Source: an uncultured Clostridia bacterium
GTDB lineage: Bacteria > Bacillota > Clostridia > Oscillospirales > Acutalibacteraceae
Assembly: GCA_945983355.1 (NCBI GenBank)
Contig: CAMFSU010000048.1
Coordinates: 20,367-84,366, forward strand
Reading direction: 5' to 3'
DNA length: 64,000 bases
The position numbers and the translations under genes were made by a program. Below are positions 39,077 through 47,063 of this stretch, in pieces. The notes under the pieces are model-generated. The model did not search any database. It was not told where the DNA came from and was given only the letters and a program-made list of their open reading frames with translations. Position 1 is the stretch's first letter, and each line of letters starts with the position of its first letter.

Positions 39077-40381
39077 ATGAGTGAAATTAACCGTGCCGTT
39101 AAAGGCACTAACGATATTTTACCCGCCGACAGCTATAAATGGCAGTTTGTTGAGGGGAAAATGATTGAAACCGCCCGTATGTTCGGCTATGAAGAAATTC
39201 GTGTGCCGGTTTTCGAGCATACCGAGGTTTTCAAAAGAAGCGTGGGCGACACAACCGATGTAGTTCAAAAAGAAATGTACACCTTTGATGATAAGGGCGG
39301 CCGTTCTATTACGCTTCGCCCCGAGCTTACCGCAGGTGTTGTCAGAAGCGCAATCGAAAAAGGCCTTGTAAACGGTGCATTACCCCAAAAGGTTTGTTAT
39401 ATCGGCGGTTGCTACCGCTATGAAAAGCCACAAGCGGGTCGACTTCGTGAATTTCACCAATTTGGTGTTGAGTGTATGGGTGCCCCCTCTCCCAATGCCG
39501 ATGCTGAGGTTATAATGCTTGCAAAACAGGTTCTTGACAGCGTTAGAATTGAAAAAATTTCATTGGAAATTAACTCTATCGGCTGTCCCGAGTGCCGCAA
39601 AAATTACCAAGCGGCATTAAAGCAATATTTCACCGAAAATATTGATACCCTTTGTGGCACCTGTAAGGAGCGACTTGACCGCAACCCAATGCGTATTTTG
39701 GACTGTAAGTCACCTGTGTGCTCTGACCTTGCAAAAAATGCACCTGTTGTTATTGATTATCTTTGTGATGACTGTAAGGCACACTTTGAGGGTGTTAAAA
39801 GCCACCTTGATGCCGCAGGTGTTGAATATACCGTAAATCCACACATTGTACGCGGTCTTGATTATTACACCCGCACCGTTTTTGAATTTGTATCTGGTGA
39901 TATAGGCGCTCAAAGCACAGTTTGCGGCGGTGGCCGTTATGATGGTCTTATTGCACAAATGGGCGGGCCAAATGTTCCCTCCTTGGGCTTTGGTATGGGT
40001 ATCGAACGCCTGATGCTTGTTTTACAGGCACAAAACACCGAATTACCAATGGTGCAAAAATGTGACCTTTATATCGCCACAATGGGTGAAGCCGCAGCCC
40101 TTAAAGCAACCAAGCTTTGCTATAATTTGCGAAACGACGGCTTTAAGGTGCAGACCGATATTGTCGGCCGCGGTTTAAAGGCACAAATGAAATTTGCCGA
40201 CAAAATCGGTGCAGCATATACTATGGTTTTGGGTGACAGCGAAATTGAAGCCGACACCGCAAAGCTTAAAAATATGCAAAGCGGTGAGGAAATTTCCATT
40301 GGCTTAAACAATTTAAGCGACGAGCTTTTTGCCGCTTTAAACAAGGCATCTCTTGATGCTTTAATTGAGGTTTTAGATTAG
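39077..40381 (+). CDS. hisS: histidine--tRNA ligase
   Basis: GTNDILP, LRPELTAGVVR, RYEKPQAGRLREFHQFG, GGGRYDGL. Confidence 0.95.
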   Translation: MSEINRAVKGTNDILPADSYKWQFVEGKMIETARMFGYEEIRVPVFEHTEVFKRSVGDTTDVVQKEMYTFDDKGGRSITLRPELTAGVVRSAIEKGLVNGALPQKVCYIGGCYRYEKPQAGRLREFHQFGVECMGAPSPNADAEVIMLAKQVLDSVRIEKISLEINSIGCPECRKNYQAALKQYFTENIDTLCGTCKERLDRNPMRILDCKSPVCSDLAKNAPVVIDYLCDDCKAHFEGVKSHLDAAGVEYTVNPHIVRGLDYYTRTVFEFVSGDIGAQSTVCGGGRYDGLIAQMGGPNVPSLGFGMGIERLMLVLQAQNTELPMVQKCDLYIATMGEAAALKATKLCYNLRNDGFKVQTDIVGRGLKAQMKFADKIGAAYTMVLGDSEIEADTAKLKNMQSGEEISIGLNNLSDELFAALNKASLDALIEVLD

Positions 40382-40394
40382 GAGTGTTTTTTTC

Positions 40395-42179
40395 GTGCAG
40401 CTTGATAGAATGGACGGATTAAAGCGTACCGATTATTGTGGTACATTAAGAAAAAACGATTTAGATAAAGAGGTTGTAGTTTGCGGCTGGGTACAGCGTC
40501 AGCGTGACCTTGGCGGTCTTATCTTTATTGATTTAAGAGATAGAACAGGTATTGTTCAGCTTGCCTTTGACGATAACACCGACAGAGAAATTTTTGAAAA
40601 AGCAAGCGCTATCAGAAGCGAATATGTTCTTATGGTTAAGGGCAAGGTTCGTATGCGTTCTTCAATAAATCACGATATCCCCACAGGCGATATTGAAATT
40701 GAAGTTACAACCCTTAAAATTTTGGGTGCAAGTGAAACTACACCCTTTGAAATTTTGGATAAATGCCTTGCAAATGAAGAGCTTCGCCTTAAATACCGCT
40801 ATCTTGATTTGCGACGCCCTGTTATTCAAAATAACATTTTGCTTCGCCACAAGATTGCAAAGGTAACCCGCGATTATTTTGATGAAAACGGCTTTATTGA
40901 AATTGAAACCCCCACCTTTATTAAATCCACACCCGAGGGTGCACGCGACTATTTGGTGCCATCCCGTGTTCATAAGGGCAGCTTTTTTGCGCTTCCACAG
41001 TCGCCCCAGCTTTACAAGCAGCTTTTAATGCTTTCCGGCTTTGACCGTTATATGCAGTTGGCAAGATGCTATCGCGATGAAGACCTTCGTGCTGACCGCC
41101 AACCCGAATTTACCCAAATCGACCTTGAAATGTCCTTTGTTGATATGGAAGATATCTTCACCATTGCCGAGGGCTTTGTAAGCCGTTTGTTTAAGGATGT
41201 TTTAAATGTTGAAATTGCCACACCGCTTCCCCGCCTCACCTATACCGAGGCAATGAACGATTACGGCAGCGACAAGCCCGACACCCGCTTTGAAATGAAG
41301 ATTAAGGATTTGTCGGATATTGTCGAAAACTGTGGCTTCGGTGTGTTTGCCGACACGGTTAAAAACGGCGGTACCGTACGCGCCATTACCGCAAAAAATG
41401 CGGCAGGCGTTTACACAAGAAAAGAAATTGATAAATTAACCGAAGATGCAAAGGGCATTGGCGCAAAGGGTCTTGCCTTTATCCGTTGGGTTGAGGATGC
41501 TCCCACCTGCTCTTTCTCAAAGTTTATGACTGATGAGGAAATGGCAGCTATTATCGAGCGCACAGGCGCCGAAAAGGGCGACGTTGTGCTTATTGTTGCT
41601 GATAAGAAAAATATTTGTCTTTCAGTTTTGGGCGCACTTCGTTTAACCGTTGCCAAGCGTCTTGATATTATACCCGAGGGCTTTAACTTCCTTTGGATTA
41701 CAGAATTCCCCTTCTTTGAATATAACGAAGAAACAGGTAATTGGGATGCAATGCACCACCCATTCACCTCACCCTTGGATGAATGCTTACAATATCTTGA
41801 CACCGCACCTGAAAAGGTTTTTGCCAAAGCGTATGACCTTGTGCTTAACGGTGTTGAGCTTTCAAGCGGCTCTATCCGTATTTCTGACCCAACACTTCAA
41901 AAGAAGATGTTTTCTGCCCTTGGACTATCAGATGAAGAAGCGGCTGAAAAGTTTGGCTTTTTGGTGGATGCTTACCGCTATGGCGCACCACCTCACGGTG
42001 GTATGGGCATTGGTCTTGACCGCCTTGTAATGATTATGTGCGAATGTGATTCACTTCGTGATGTTATCGCCTTCCCTAAGGTTTCCAACACAGGCGAGCT
42101 TATGTCAGGCGCACCATCAAAGGTTGACCCGCAGCAGCTTTTGGACCTTTCAATAGGAATAATAGAAAACGATAAATAA
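40395..42179 (+). CDS. aspS: aspartate--tRNA ligase
   Basis: GTG start, FQLARCYRDEDLRADRQPEFTQID, GGMGIGLDRL. Confidence 0.95.
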   Translation: MQLDRMDGLKRTDYCGTLRKNDLDKEVVVCGWVQRQRDLGGLIFIDLRDRTGIVQLAFDDNTDREIFEKASAIRSEYVLMVKGKVRMRSSINHDIPTGDIEIEVTTLKILGASETTPFEILDKCLANEELRLKYRYLDLRRPVIQNNILLRHKIAKVTRDYFDENGFIEIETPTFIKSTPEGARDYLVPSRVHKGSFFALPQSPQLYKQLLMLSGFDRYMQLARCYRDEDLRADRQPEFTQIDLEMSFVDMEDIFTIAEGFVSRLFKDVLNVEIATPLPRLTYTEAMNDYGSDKPDTRFEMKIKDLSDIVENCGFGVFADTVKNGGTVRAITAKNAAGVYTRKEIDKLTEDAKGIGAKGLAFIRWVEDAPTCSFSKFMTDEEMAAIIERTGAEKGDVVLIVADKKNICLSVLGALRLTVAKRLDIIPEGFNFLWITEFPFFEYNEETGNWDAMHHPFTSPLDECLQYLDTAPEKVFAKAYDLVLNGVELSSGSIRISDPTLQKKMFSALGLSDEEAAEKFGFLVDAYRYGAPPHGGMGIGLDRLVMIMCECDSLRDVIAFPKVSNTGELMSGAPSKVDPQQLLDLSIGIIENDK

Positions 42180-42183
42180 TCTC

Positions 42184-42217
42184 AACACCCGAAACGCTGT
42201 TTCGGGTGTTCTTTTTT
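42184..42217 (+). terminator. rho-independent terminator of hisS-aspS
   Basis: Stem aacacccgaaac/gtttcgggtgtt followed by a T6 run. This is the last clearly chromosomal feature. Confidence 0.85.
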
Positions 42218-42272
42218 CAAAATATACTGAAAAGTCAAGGGGTAAATGCGAAAAAGTGCAAAAAAATTTAAT

Positions 42273-43310
42273 TTAGGCAGATAAAAGGCTATTTACGCAC
42301 GCCTCGTAGAGGTCTGCGGAGGTAAAATAGTTAAAAATCCCTCTTGGATAATTGTTTATCCACTTTTCAAGCCTGCGGGTGTCGGCGGGCGTTACCCGCT
42401 CAAAGCTAACGCCTTTCGGATAGTGGCGGCGTATCATTTTATTTTGATTTTCATTTGAGCCGCGCTCGTAGGAGCTGTACGGGTGGCAATAGTAAACCTT
42501 TGTACGGGTACCGACGCGGCGGCAGCTCTGCTCGAGTCCCTCATAATCGGAAAACTCGGAGCCGTTGTCTATGGTGATACTTTGAAAGATTTTATAAAAG
42601 TCTGCGCCGTATGCCCGCTCGATACCGTTAAGGGCTTTTACAACGCTCGCGGCGGTGTGGTCTTTCATAATACGGATAATCTCGTAGCGGGTGTAACGCT
42701 CGGTCAATACGAGCATAGTTTTTTTAGTGCCTTTTTTGCCCTCTACGCAGTCCATTTCCCAATGTCCGAAAGTGGTACGCTCCGCAATCTCTGCGGGGCG
42801 TTTCTCTATGCTCTCGCCTTTGGAGGCGCGAGCCGCTCTCACTTTCTTATATTTGCGGGTGCTCTTATTTCTCTTAACGGGTAAATTGTCGTTTGTGATA
42901 GTGAGGAAAACGCCCTGCTCGATATAGCGGTACAGAGTCGGAGCCGATATGCTCGTACTAAACTCTACGCCCTGGCGTTTGATTTCGCCCAGGACGGCGC
43001 GAGGAGAGTATTTCTCCACTCTTATTTTATACTCGATATACTGCGCGTACTCGTGGTCGGAGCCGATTTTAAGCGGCGCACCTTTAGCGCGGAGGTTAGC
43101 CTGGTTTTTCTCCTCGGCAATATCGGGGCTGTATCTCTGCTCGGTGGTATAATCGGAATTAAGGTGCTCATACTGTCCGCGCTTGAGCTCTCTATAAATA
43201 GTGCTGATATGTACGCCGAGCTTTTCAGCCATTACTCGAGGGGAGGTGCCTACCTTTTGCCAAGCCTCAATTTTTAATCTGTCGTTAAATGTTAAATGTT
43301 TGTATGTCAT
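42273..43310 (-). CDS. IS30 family transposase
   Basis: 345 aa from MTYKHLTFNDRLKIEAW (HTH). DDE core HWEMD...TIDNGSEF...ERGSNEN is typical of IS30. Confidence 0.9.
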   Translation of the reverse strand: MTYKHLTFNDRLKIEAWQKVGTSPRVMAEKLGVHISTIYRELKRGQYEHLNSDYTTEQRYSPDIAEEKNQANLRAKGAPLKIGSDHEYAQYIEYKIRVEKYSPRAVLGEIKRQGVEFSTSISAPTLYRYIEQGVFLTITNDNLPVKRNKSTRKYKKVRAARASKGESIEKRPAEIAERTTFGHWEMDCVEGKKGTKKTMLVLTERYTRYEIIRIMKDHTAASVVKALNGIERAYGADFYKIFQSITIDNGSEFSDYEGLEQSCRRVGTRTKVYYCHPYSSYERGSNENQNKMIRRHYPKGVSFERVTPADTRRLEKWINNYPRGIFNYFTSADLYEACVNSLLSA

Positions 43311-43389
43311 AATAAAATCACTCCGTTTTATATGATAGGATAAAAAATAGCCCGCTCCCAAATAGGAACGGGCTAAACTGTTGTAGGGT

Positions 43390-43785
43390 TTAACGGTCTG
43401 CTATATTAAGCTCGCGCTTGAGTGCCGCTTGTAACGCCTGCGAAAAGTTAATATTTGCTTTCTCTGCCTCGTAACAAAGCCAACTCGGGAGAGTGCAATT
43501 TTTCTTAACAACTTTCATTTCGTTTTTGCGGCGGTATTCTGCAAAGTCAACATCTACGAGGGAAATAATTTCACCCTCTGCGGGTTTTACATCTTTTGCA
43601 GAGCTTGCAGCGGGTATAGTCTTTCCGTCGTCCTCCATATCAATACCCATTAAGCCGATAGCGTCGCGTGCCATTTCTATAGCCTCGGTCAAGTCGTCGC
43701 CCTGGGTGTTGATATTAAAATCGGGTATAAATACAGTAAAGCCTTTTTCCTCGGGTGTTAAAATAATAGGGTATGAATTTTTCAT
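43390..43785 (-). CDS. hicB: type II antitoxin HicB
   Basis: 131 aa from MKNSYPIILTPEEKGFTVFIPDF (HicB N-domain) with a C-terminal RHH-like segment (LPSWLCYEAEKANINFSQALQAALKREL). RBS ggaggtt. Confidence 0.85.
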   Translation of the reverse strand: MKNSYPIILTPEEKGFTVFIPDFNINTQGDDLTEAIEMARDAIGLMGIDMEDDGKTIPAASSAKDVKPAEGEIISLVDVDFAEYRRKNEMKVVKKNCTLPSWLCYEAEKANINFSQALQAALKRELNIADR

Positions 43786-43847
43786 ACAATAACCTCCATA
43801 AATAAATGATATAATATATTCACAAGCAAGGGTGCAAGGGGCGGGGC

Positions 43848-44030
43848 TTATTTCAGCCCCCGCCTTTTGATTATTGCCCTTGCTAAATTCTCTTTGATTT
43901 CTCGGTGCCTCGGGATTGTTTCGGTTTCCGTTCCGTTGGTGTATATGTCGTGTCCGCCTCCGTTCCTCTTTAAGTACCAACCGTTTCTCTCGAGCAGTTT
44001 TATTAAGTCTGTCCGTTTCGTTTGTATCAC
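43848..44030 (-). CDS. hicA: type II toxin HicA (mRNA interferase)
   Basis: (V/M)IQTKRTDLIKLLERNGWYLKRNGGGHDIYTNG is the HicA signature. The only plausible start is a GTG that overlaps its own GGAGG, so the start is uncertain. Confidence 0.75.
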   Translation of the reverse strand: MIQTKRTDLIKLLERNGWYLKRNGGGHDIYTNGTETETIPRHREIKENLARAIIKRRGLK

Positions 44031-44048
44031 CTCCTCTTTACATTTACT

Positions 44049-44077
44049 ATTATACGCCTTTAATGCGTATTTGTCAA
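44049..44077 (-). promoter_or_regulatory. consensus sigma-A promoter of hicAB with a palindrome in the spacer
   Basis: Minus strand reads TTGACA-N17-TATAAT. The spacer contains ATACGC...GCGTAT inverted half-sites, a likely HicB operator. Confidence 0.65.
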
Positions 44078-44149
44078 GAGTTTTCTTAAAATATTTTGCA
44101 CTTTTTCGCAGAAAATATTTATTTTTCGAGGCAAGTATGCTATAATGTA

Positions 44150-44322
44150 GGCACCACACTAATTTAATATGGTGTTTTATACTATAAGTGCGCTGTTTTT
44201 ACTTTGGTAAAAATGCGGGCTCGTTTTTGCGTCTTATAGCGTAAAACATAGAATTAGTGTGGTAGCAATTCGGAGCTTGCGTTTTTCGTGCGTGCAGCGT
44301 TTCGAGTTGCACGCACTTTTTT
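44150..44322 (+). ncRNA. candidate structured leader/sRNA: extended -10 promoter, ~110-nt rod-like hairpin, intrinsic terminator
   Basis: TGCTATAAT at 44138-44146. A 12-bp closing stem pairs 44153-44164 with 44252-44263, with inner helices 44174-79/44242-47, 44182-88/44233-39 and 44196-202/44207-13. The terminator stem 44288-96/44308-16 is followed by T6. Class unknown. Confidence 0.4.
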
Positions 44323-44340
44323 ATTATGGGAGTTGTCGCT

Positions 44341-44790
44341 ATGAAAAAATTAAAAACCTGGCAAAAAGTATTACTCATTATCTGTTACCCCGTAGGCATT
44401 GTCTATTTTATTATTTGGCTTTGCAACCGCAACAAAGGCGGAGCCGCTACGGTCAATCCCTCCAAGCTAACCGTTATTAGAGATTTTAATACAAAGGTCG
44501 TAGGCGTTACCTTTGGAAACGACGACGGCTCAAGCCGTCAAGCAATTATAAAGAATTGCAAAGCGGGAGAGGATATTATTTTTAAGCCCGTACCTACGGC
44601 GGAATACCCCGACGCTATCGGCGTATTTAATAAACGCGGTCAGCAGCTCGGGCACCTTAACGCAGAGCTTGCCGCTGAAATGAAAAACAAATACCCCAAT
44701 AACCCTATGAGCGTTACTATAAATAACATCACGGGCGGCGGCGACAAGAGCTACGGTTGCAATTTACATATTATCATATACGCAGTATAA
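44341..44790 (+). CDS. membrane-anchored HIRAN-domain protein
   Basis: 149 aa from MKKLKTW (RBS gggag, 8-nt spacer). One N-terminal TM helix, then VVGVTFGNDDGSSRQAII...GEDIIFKPVPTAEYPDAIGVFNKRGQQLGHLNAELAAEM, which is HIRAN-like. Confidence 0.6.
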   Translation: MKKLKTWQKVLLIICYPVGIVYFIIWLCNRNKGGAATVNPSKLTVIRDFNTKVVGVTFGNDDGSSRQAIIKNCKAGEDIIFKPVPTAEYPDAIGVFNKRGQQLGHLNAELAAEMKNKYPNNPMSVTINNITGGGDKSYGCNLHIIIYAV

Positions 44791-44834
44791 ACGACAAAAA
44801 GGCAGAGGCTAATTAAAGCCCCTGCCTTTATTAT

Positions 44835-45365
44835 TTAGTCGTCCTCCTGGTCGGGGCTGTCGTCAACCTTGAGCCCCGCTTGTTCAAGCGTTTTACTAAT
44901 TTCTGCAAGATATTTTTCTTGTGCCGCTCGGATTTCGCCTATATTATTTTGTACCGTATTTCTTAATACATTTGTAGCCCGTGTGCCTGGGTGCTGAACG
45001 CTACGCCCGTACATAGTGTCATTATATGCGAGCATTTTTGCGTTTTTCGTGGTTATCGTATGCGGTTTAACTCCGTACTCTATCCAATGCGGGGAGGCGT
45101 GCGAGGGTACTTTCTTTTTCTTTTTTACCGTCTGCCAACTATAAAACCCTATTTCGAGCCGTATTTGCCCCGTTGATTTATCTATCCTTTTCCAGGTGCC
45201 TATATGGTTTTTTAACCTATTAGAGCGTATAGGTAAATTTTCTCGGAGGTGTTTTCTTATCACCTTTCCCGCTTCACCGAGAGCCGAGCGCGATAACCCT
45301 TTTATTGTGTCTTTAACCTCTTTGCTTGTGTTTATGAAAGTTACTGTACTTTTATTGCCTGCCAT
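44835..45365 (-). CDS. HK97 gp10-family phage protein (head-tail joining/tail completion type)
   Basis: 176 aa. ...PHWIEYGVKPH...VQHPGTRATNVLRNTV matches the gp10-family pattern (EyGT...hPG). Acidic tail. Confidence 0.65.
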   Translation of the reverse strand: MAGNKSTVTFINTSKEVKDTIKGLSRSALGEAGKVIRKHLRENLPIRSNRLKNHIGTWKRIDKSTGQIRLEIGFYSWQTVKKKKKVPSHASPHWIEYGVKPHTITTKNAKMLAYNDTMYGRSVQHPGTRATNVLRNTVQNNIGEIRAAQEKYLAEISKTLEQAGLKVDDSPDQEDD

Positions 45366-45453
45366 AGCATAAACTCCTCTCTAAATGCGAAAAGACGGCG
45401 GGCGCAGTTTCCCGCTAACCCGCCGCCCTTTCTTTATATGGATTTAAGGAGGA

Positions 45454-46446
45454 CTATTTAAGCAGCTCGTTTACGCGCTTTTGTACAGCGGAGTAGTCGT
45501 ACCCCGCTGCCGTGAGCTTTTGTTTACGAGTTGCGCCGTTGCCCCATTTGCCCGCGATAACCTCGCGCGCGATTTCGTCAACGGACTTTTTAGCGGGTGC
45601 CTCCGCAGCGACGGCGGTACCGCCTTTCGTTGTAATGTAGGTATCAAAGCCCGCTTTCTTGAGCTTGTCAGCCATAGCGTCGGCGTTAGCCTTGACGCTG
45701 TAGGCTCCTACTTGCACCTTGTAGAGGCTGCCGCTCTGCACGATATAGGTATCAAAGCCCGCTTTCTTGAGCTTTTCTGCAAGGGCGGTAGCGTTAGCTT
45801 TTTTGCTAAAAGCTCCCGTTTGTACTCTGTAGAGAGTCTTTGCAGGCTCGGCGGGTGTTGCGGGTTTTGTTTCCTCGTCGGGTTTCATAGCCGACGCAAC
45901 AGCCTTTCTAAAGCCGTCCATAGTGTAGCCCATTTTTAAGCCGTTCCACAAGTGCTCGGGGTCGCCGTGATTGGAGGCGATACCGCGGGCGTGTCCCTCT
46001 CGGTGGCTGATAATTACGCCGTCTGCGAGGGGGTCGAGGTTGTACTGTTTGCAAAGGAAAGCGAACAGCTCCACGGCTGCCTCGTAAGTACGCTTTACTA
46101 CAGCCTTTGCGGTAGCGGTATCGGAGCAAGTGAAATTTGAGCCGCTCGTATACTTGATACACGCAGGCTCGCACATCTCAACGCCGATATGCGTATTATT
46201 AGAGGCTCCGCCGCCGTGCCAGCCTCTATGGCTCCACGGCAAGCATTGATAAATAACGCCCGTATTTCCGTCGATAAAGGCGTGTACGCACGCTCTGTCG
46301 TATGTACTCTTATTCCAATTATTGACGAAAACGAGCGCGGACGGCTGCGGGCAGCCTACGCTATGGAGCATAAGCCCCTTTACGGCGATAGTTTTACCCG
46401 CTTTGTAGCAAGGGTTATTTGTTAAAATGGTTTCTTTAATCTGCAT
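45454..46446 (-). CDS. endolysin: N-acetylmuramoyl-L-alanine amidase (Amidase_2/PGRP) + two SPOR repeats + Cpl-7-like C-terminal repeat
   Basis: N-terminus has HSVGCPQ...HAFID...GWHGG...GVEMCEP. Two YRVQTGAFS/YKVQVGAYS...KLKKAGFDTYI repeats follow. C-terminus is GKWGNGATRKQKLTAAGYDYSAVQKRVNELL. Confidence 0.85.
   Translation of the reverse strand: MQIKETILTNNPCYKAGKTIAVKGLMLHSVGCPQPSALVFVNNWNKSTYDRACVHAFIDGNTGVIYQCLPWSHRGWHGGGASNNTHIGVEMCEPACIKYTSGSNFTCSDTATAKAVVKRTYEAAVELFAFLCKQYNLDPLADGVIISHREGHARGIASNHGDPEHLWNGLKMGYTMDGFRKAVASAMKPDEETKPATPAEPAKTLYRVQTGAFSKKANATALAEKLKKAGFDTYIVQSGSLYKVQVGAYSVKANADAMADKLKKAGFDTYITTKGGTAVAAEAPAKKSVDEIAREVIAGKWGNGATRKQKLTAAGYDYSAVQKRVNELLK
45638..45774 (-). 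repeat. 29-bp perfect direct repeat (two copies, 108 bp apart) within the SPOR-repeat coding region
   Basis: taggtatcaaagcccgctttcttgagctt occurs at 45638-45666 and 45746-45774, reflecting an internal domain duplication (KLKKAGFDTYI). Confidence 0.85.
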
Positions 46447-46448
46447 AC

Positions 46449-46712
46449 TTATTCCTCCGTATACTCAATGTCGTTTGCTTTCAGCTCCGCTAAATACTTG
46501 TCCGCCTGGATAGCCTCGGGAGTAAAGCTGTTATTTTTCCACCAAGCCCACAAAGTAGCCGCCACGGTAGCAGCCGCAGAGAGCCAGGCGTAGAGCTCCT
46601 CCTCCGCAAAGGGCAGGGGGTTTTTACCGCTCATTGTCAAAATGGTATTTACCAAAGTAACAAAAAGCACAATAGCTCTAATAATGGTTTCTGTAGGGAT
46701 TTTCTTACTCAT
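46449..46712 (-). CDS. phage holin (small two-TM protein, phiLC3-like)
   Basis: 87 aa from MSKKIPTETIIRAIVLFVTLVN, with a second hydrophobic helix and a charged C-terminus. Immediately upstream of the endolysin. Confidence 0.75.
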   Translation of the reverse strand: MSKKIPTETIIRAIVLFVTLVNTILTMSGKNPLPFAEEELYAWLSAAATVAATLWAWWKNNSFTPEAIQADKYLAELKANDIEYTEE

Positions 46713-47052
46713 TGCTCGCGCCTCCTTTCTTTGCTTTTTCTCTCGGCGAGTGCTCGGGGAGCTCCATTGTTTGCTCGTATAGTCCCGTAGCAACATCATT
46801 TCCGCCTAAAGTATGGTAACTATGATAAGCCCGCTTTAACGCCTCTTTAGCGTAAATAGGGCAATAGCCCCGCTCGTCCCATTTCTCATATTGTCCGATA
46901 ATCTCGGCTCGGAGGAGGCATTGCAAGCCCTCTCCGAGTGCGTCTTGTTTCTTTTTGCCGAGCTTAATACGCCCGATAACGACTCCTAAAGCTGATACAG
47001 CCCCGCCACACAAAAACGGTATGAGCCATTTAATAAAGGTTTCAAAATACAT
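46705..47052 (-). CDS. hypothetical phage membrane-anchored protein (lysis-cassette associated)
   Basis: 115 aa, one N-terminal TM, 8-nt overlap with the holin start. Confidence 0.55.
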   Translation of the reverse strand: MYFETFIKWLIPFLCGGAVSALGVVIGRIKLGKKKQDALGEGLQCLLRAEIIGQYEKWDERGYCPIYAKEALKRAYHSYHTLGGNDVATGLYEQTMELPEHSPREKAKKGGASNE

Positions 47053-47063
47053 AGCTTTTCTCC

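Larger units (their letters stand above)
42247..44110 (-). mobile_element. IS30-family element carrying a hicAB passenger module, delimited by terminal inverted repeats
   Basis: TGCGAAAAAGTGCAAAA at 42247-42263 is the exact reverse complement of 44094-44110. The similarity continues inward to about 25 bp with 2 mismatches. The repeats enclose the transposase, hicB and hicA. Confidence 0.6.

Noticed and set aside
43311-43389. Candidate IS30 right end immediately upstream of the transposase
   Set aside because: No sequence here is an inverted match to the 42225-42272 end. The region instead holds a hairpin plus T-run (tagcccg...cgggcta) that looks like the hicB terminator. The only convincing inverted-repeat partner is at 44094-44110.
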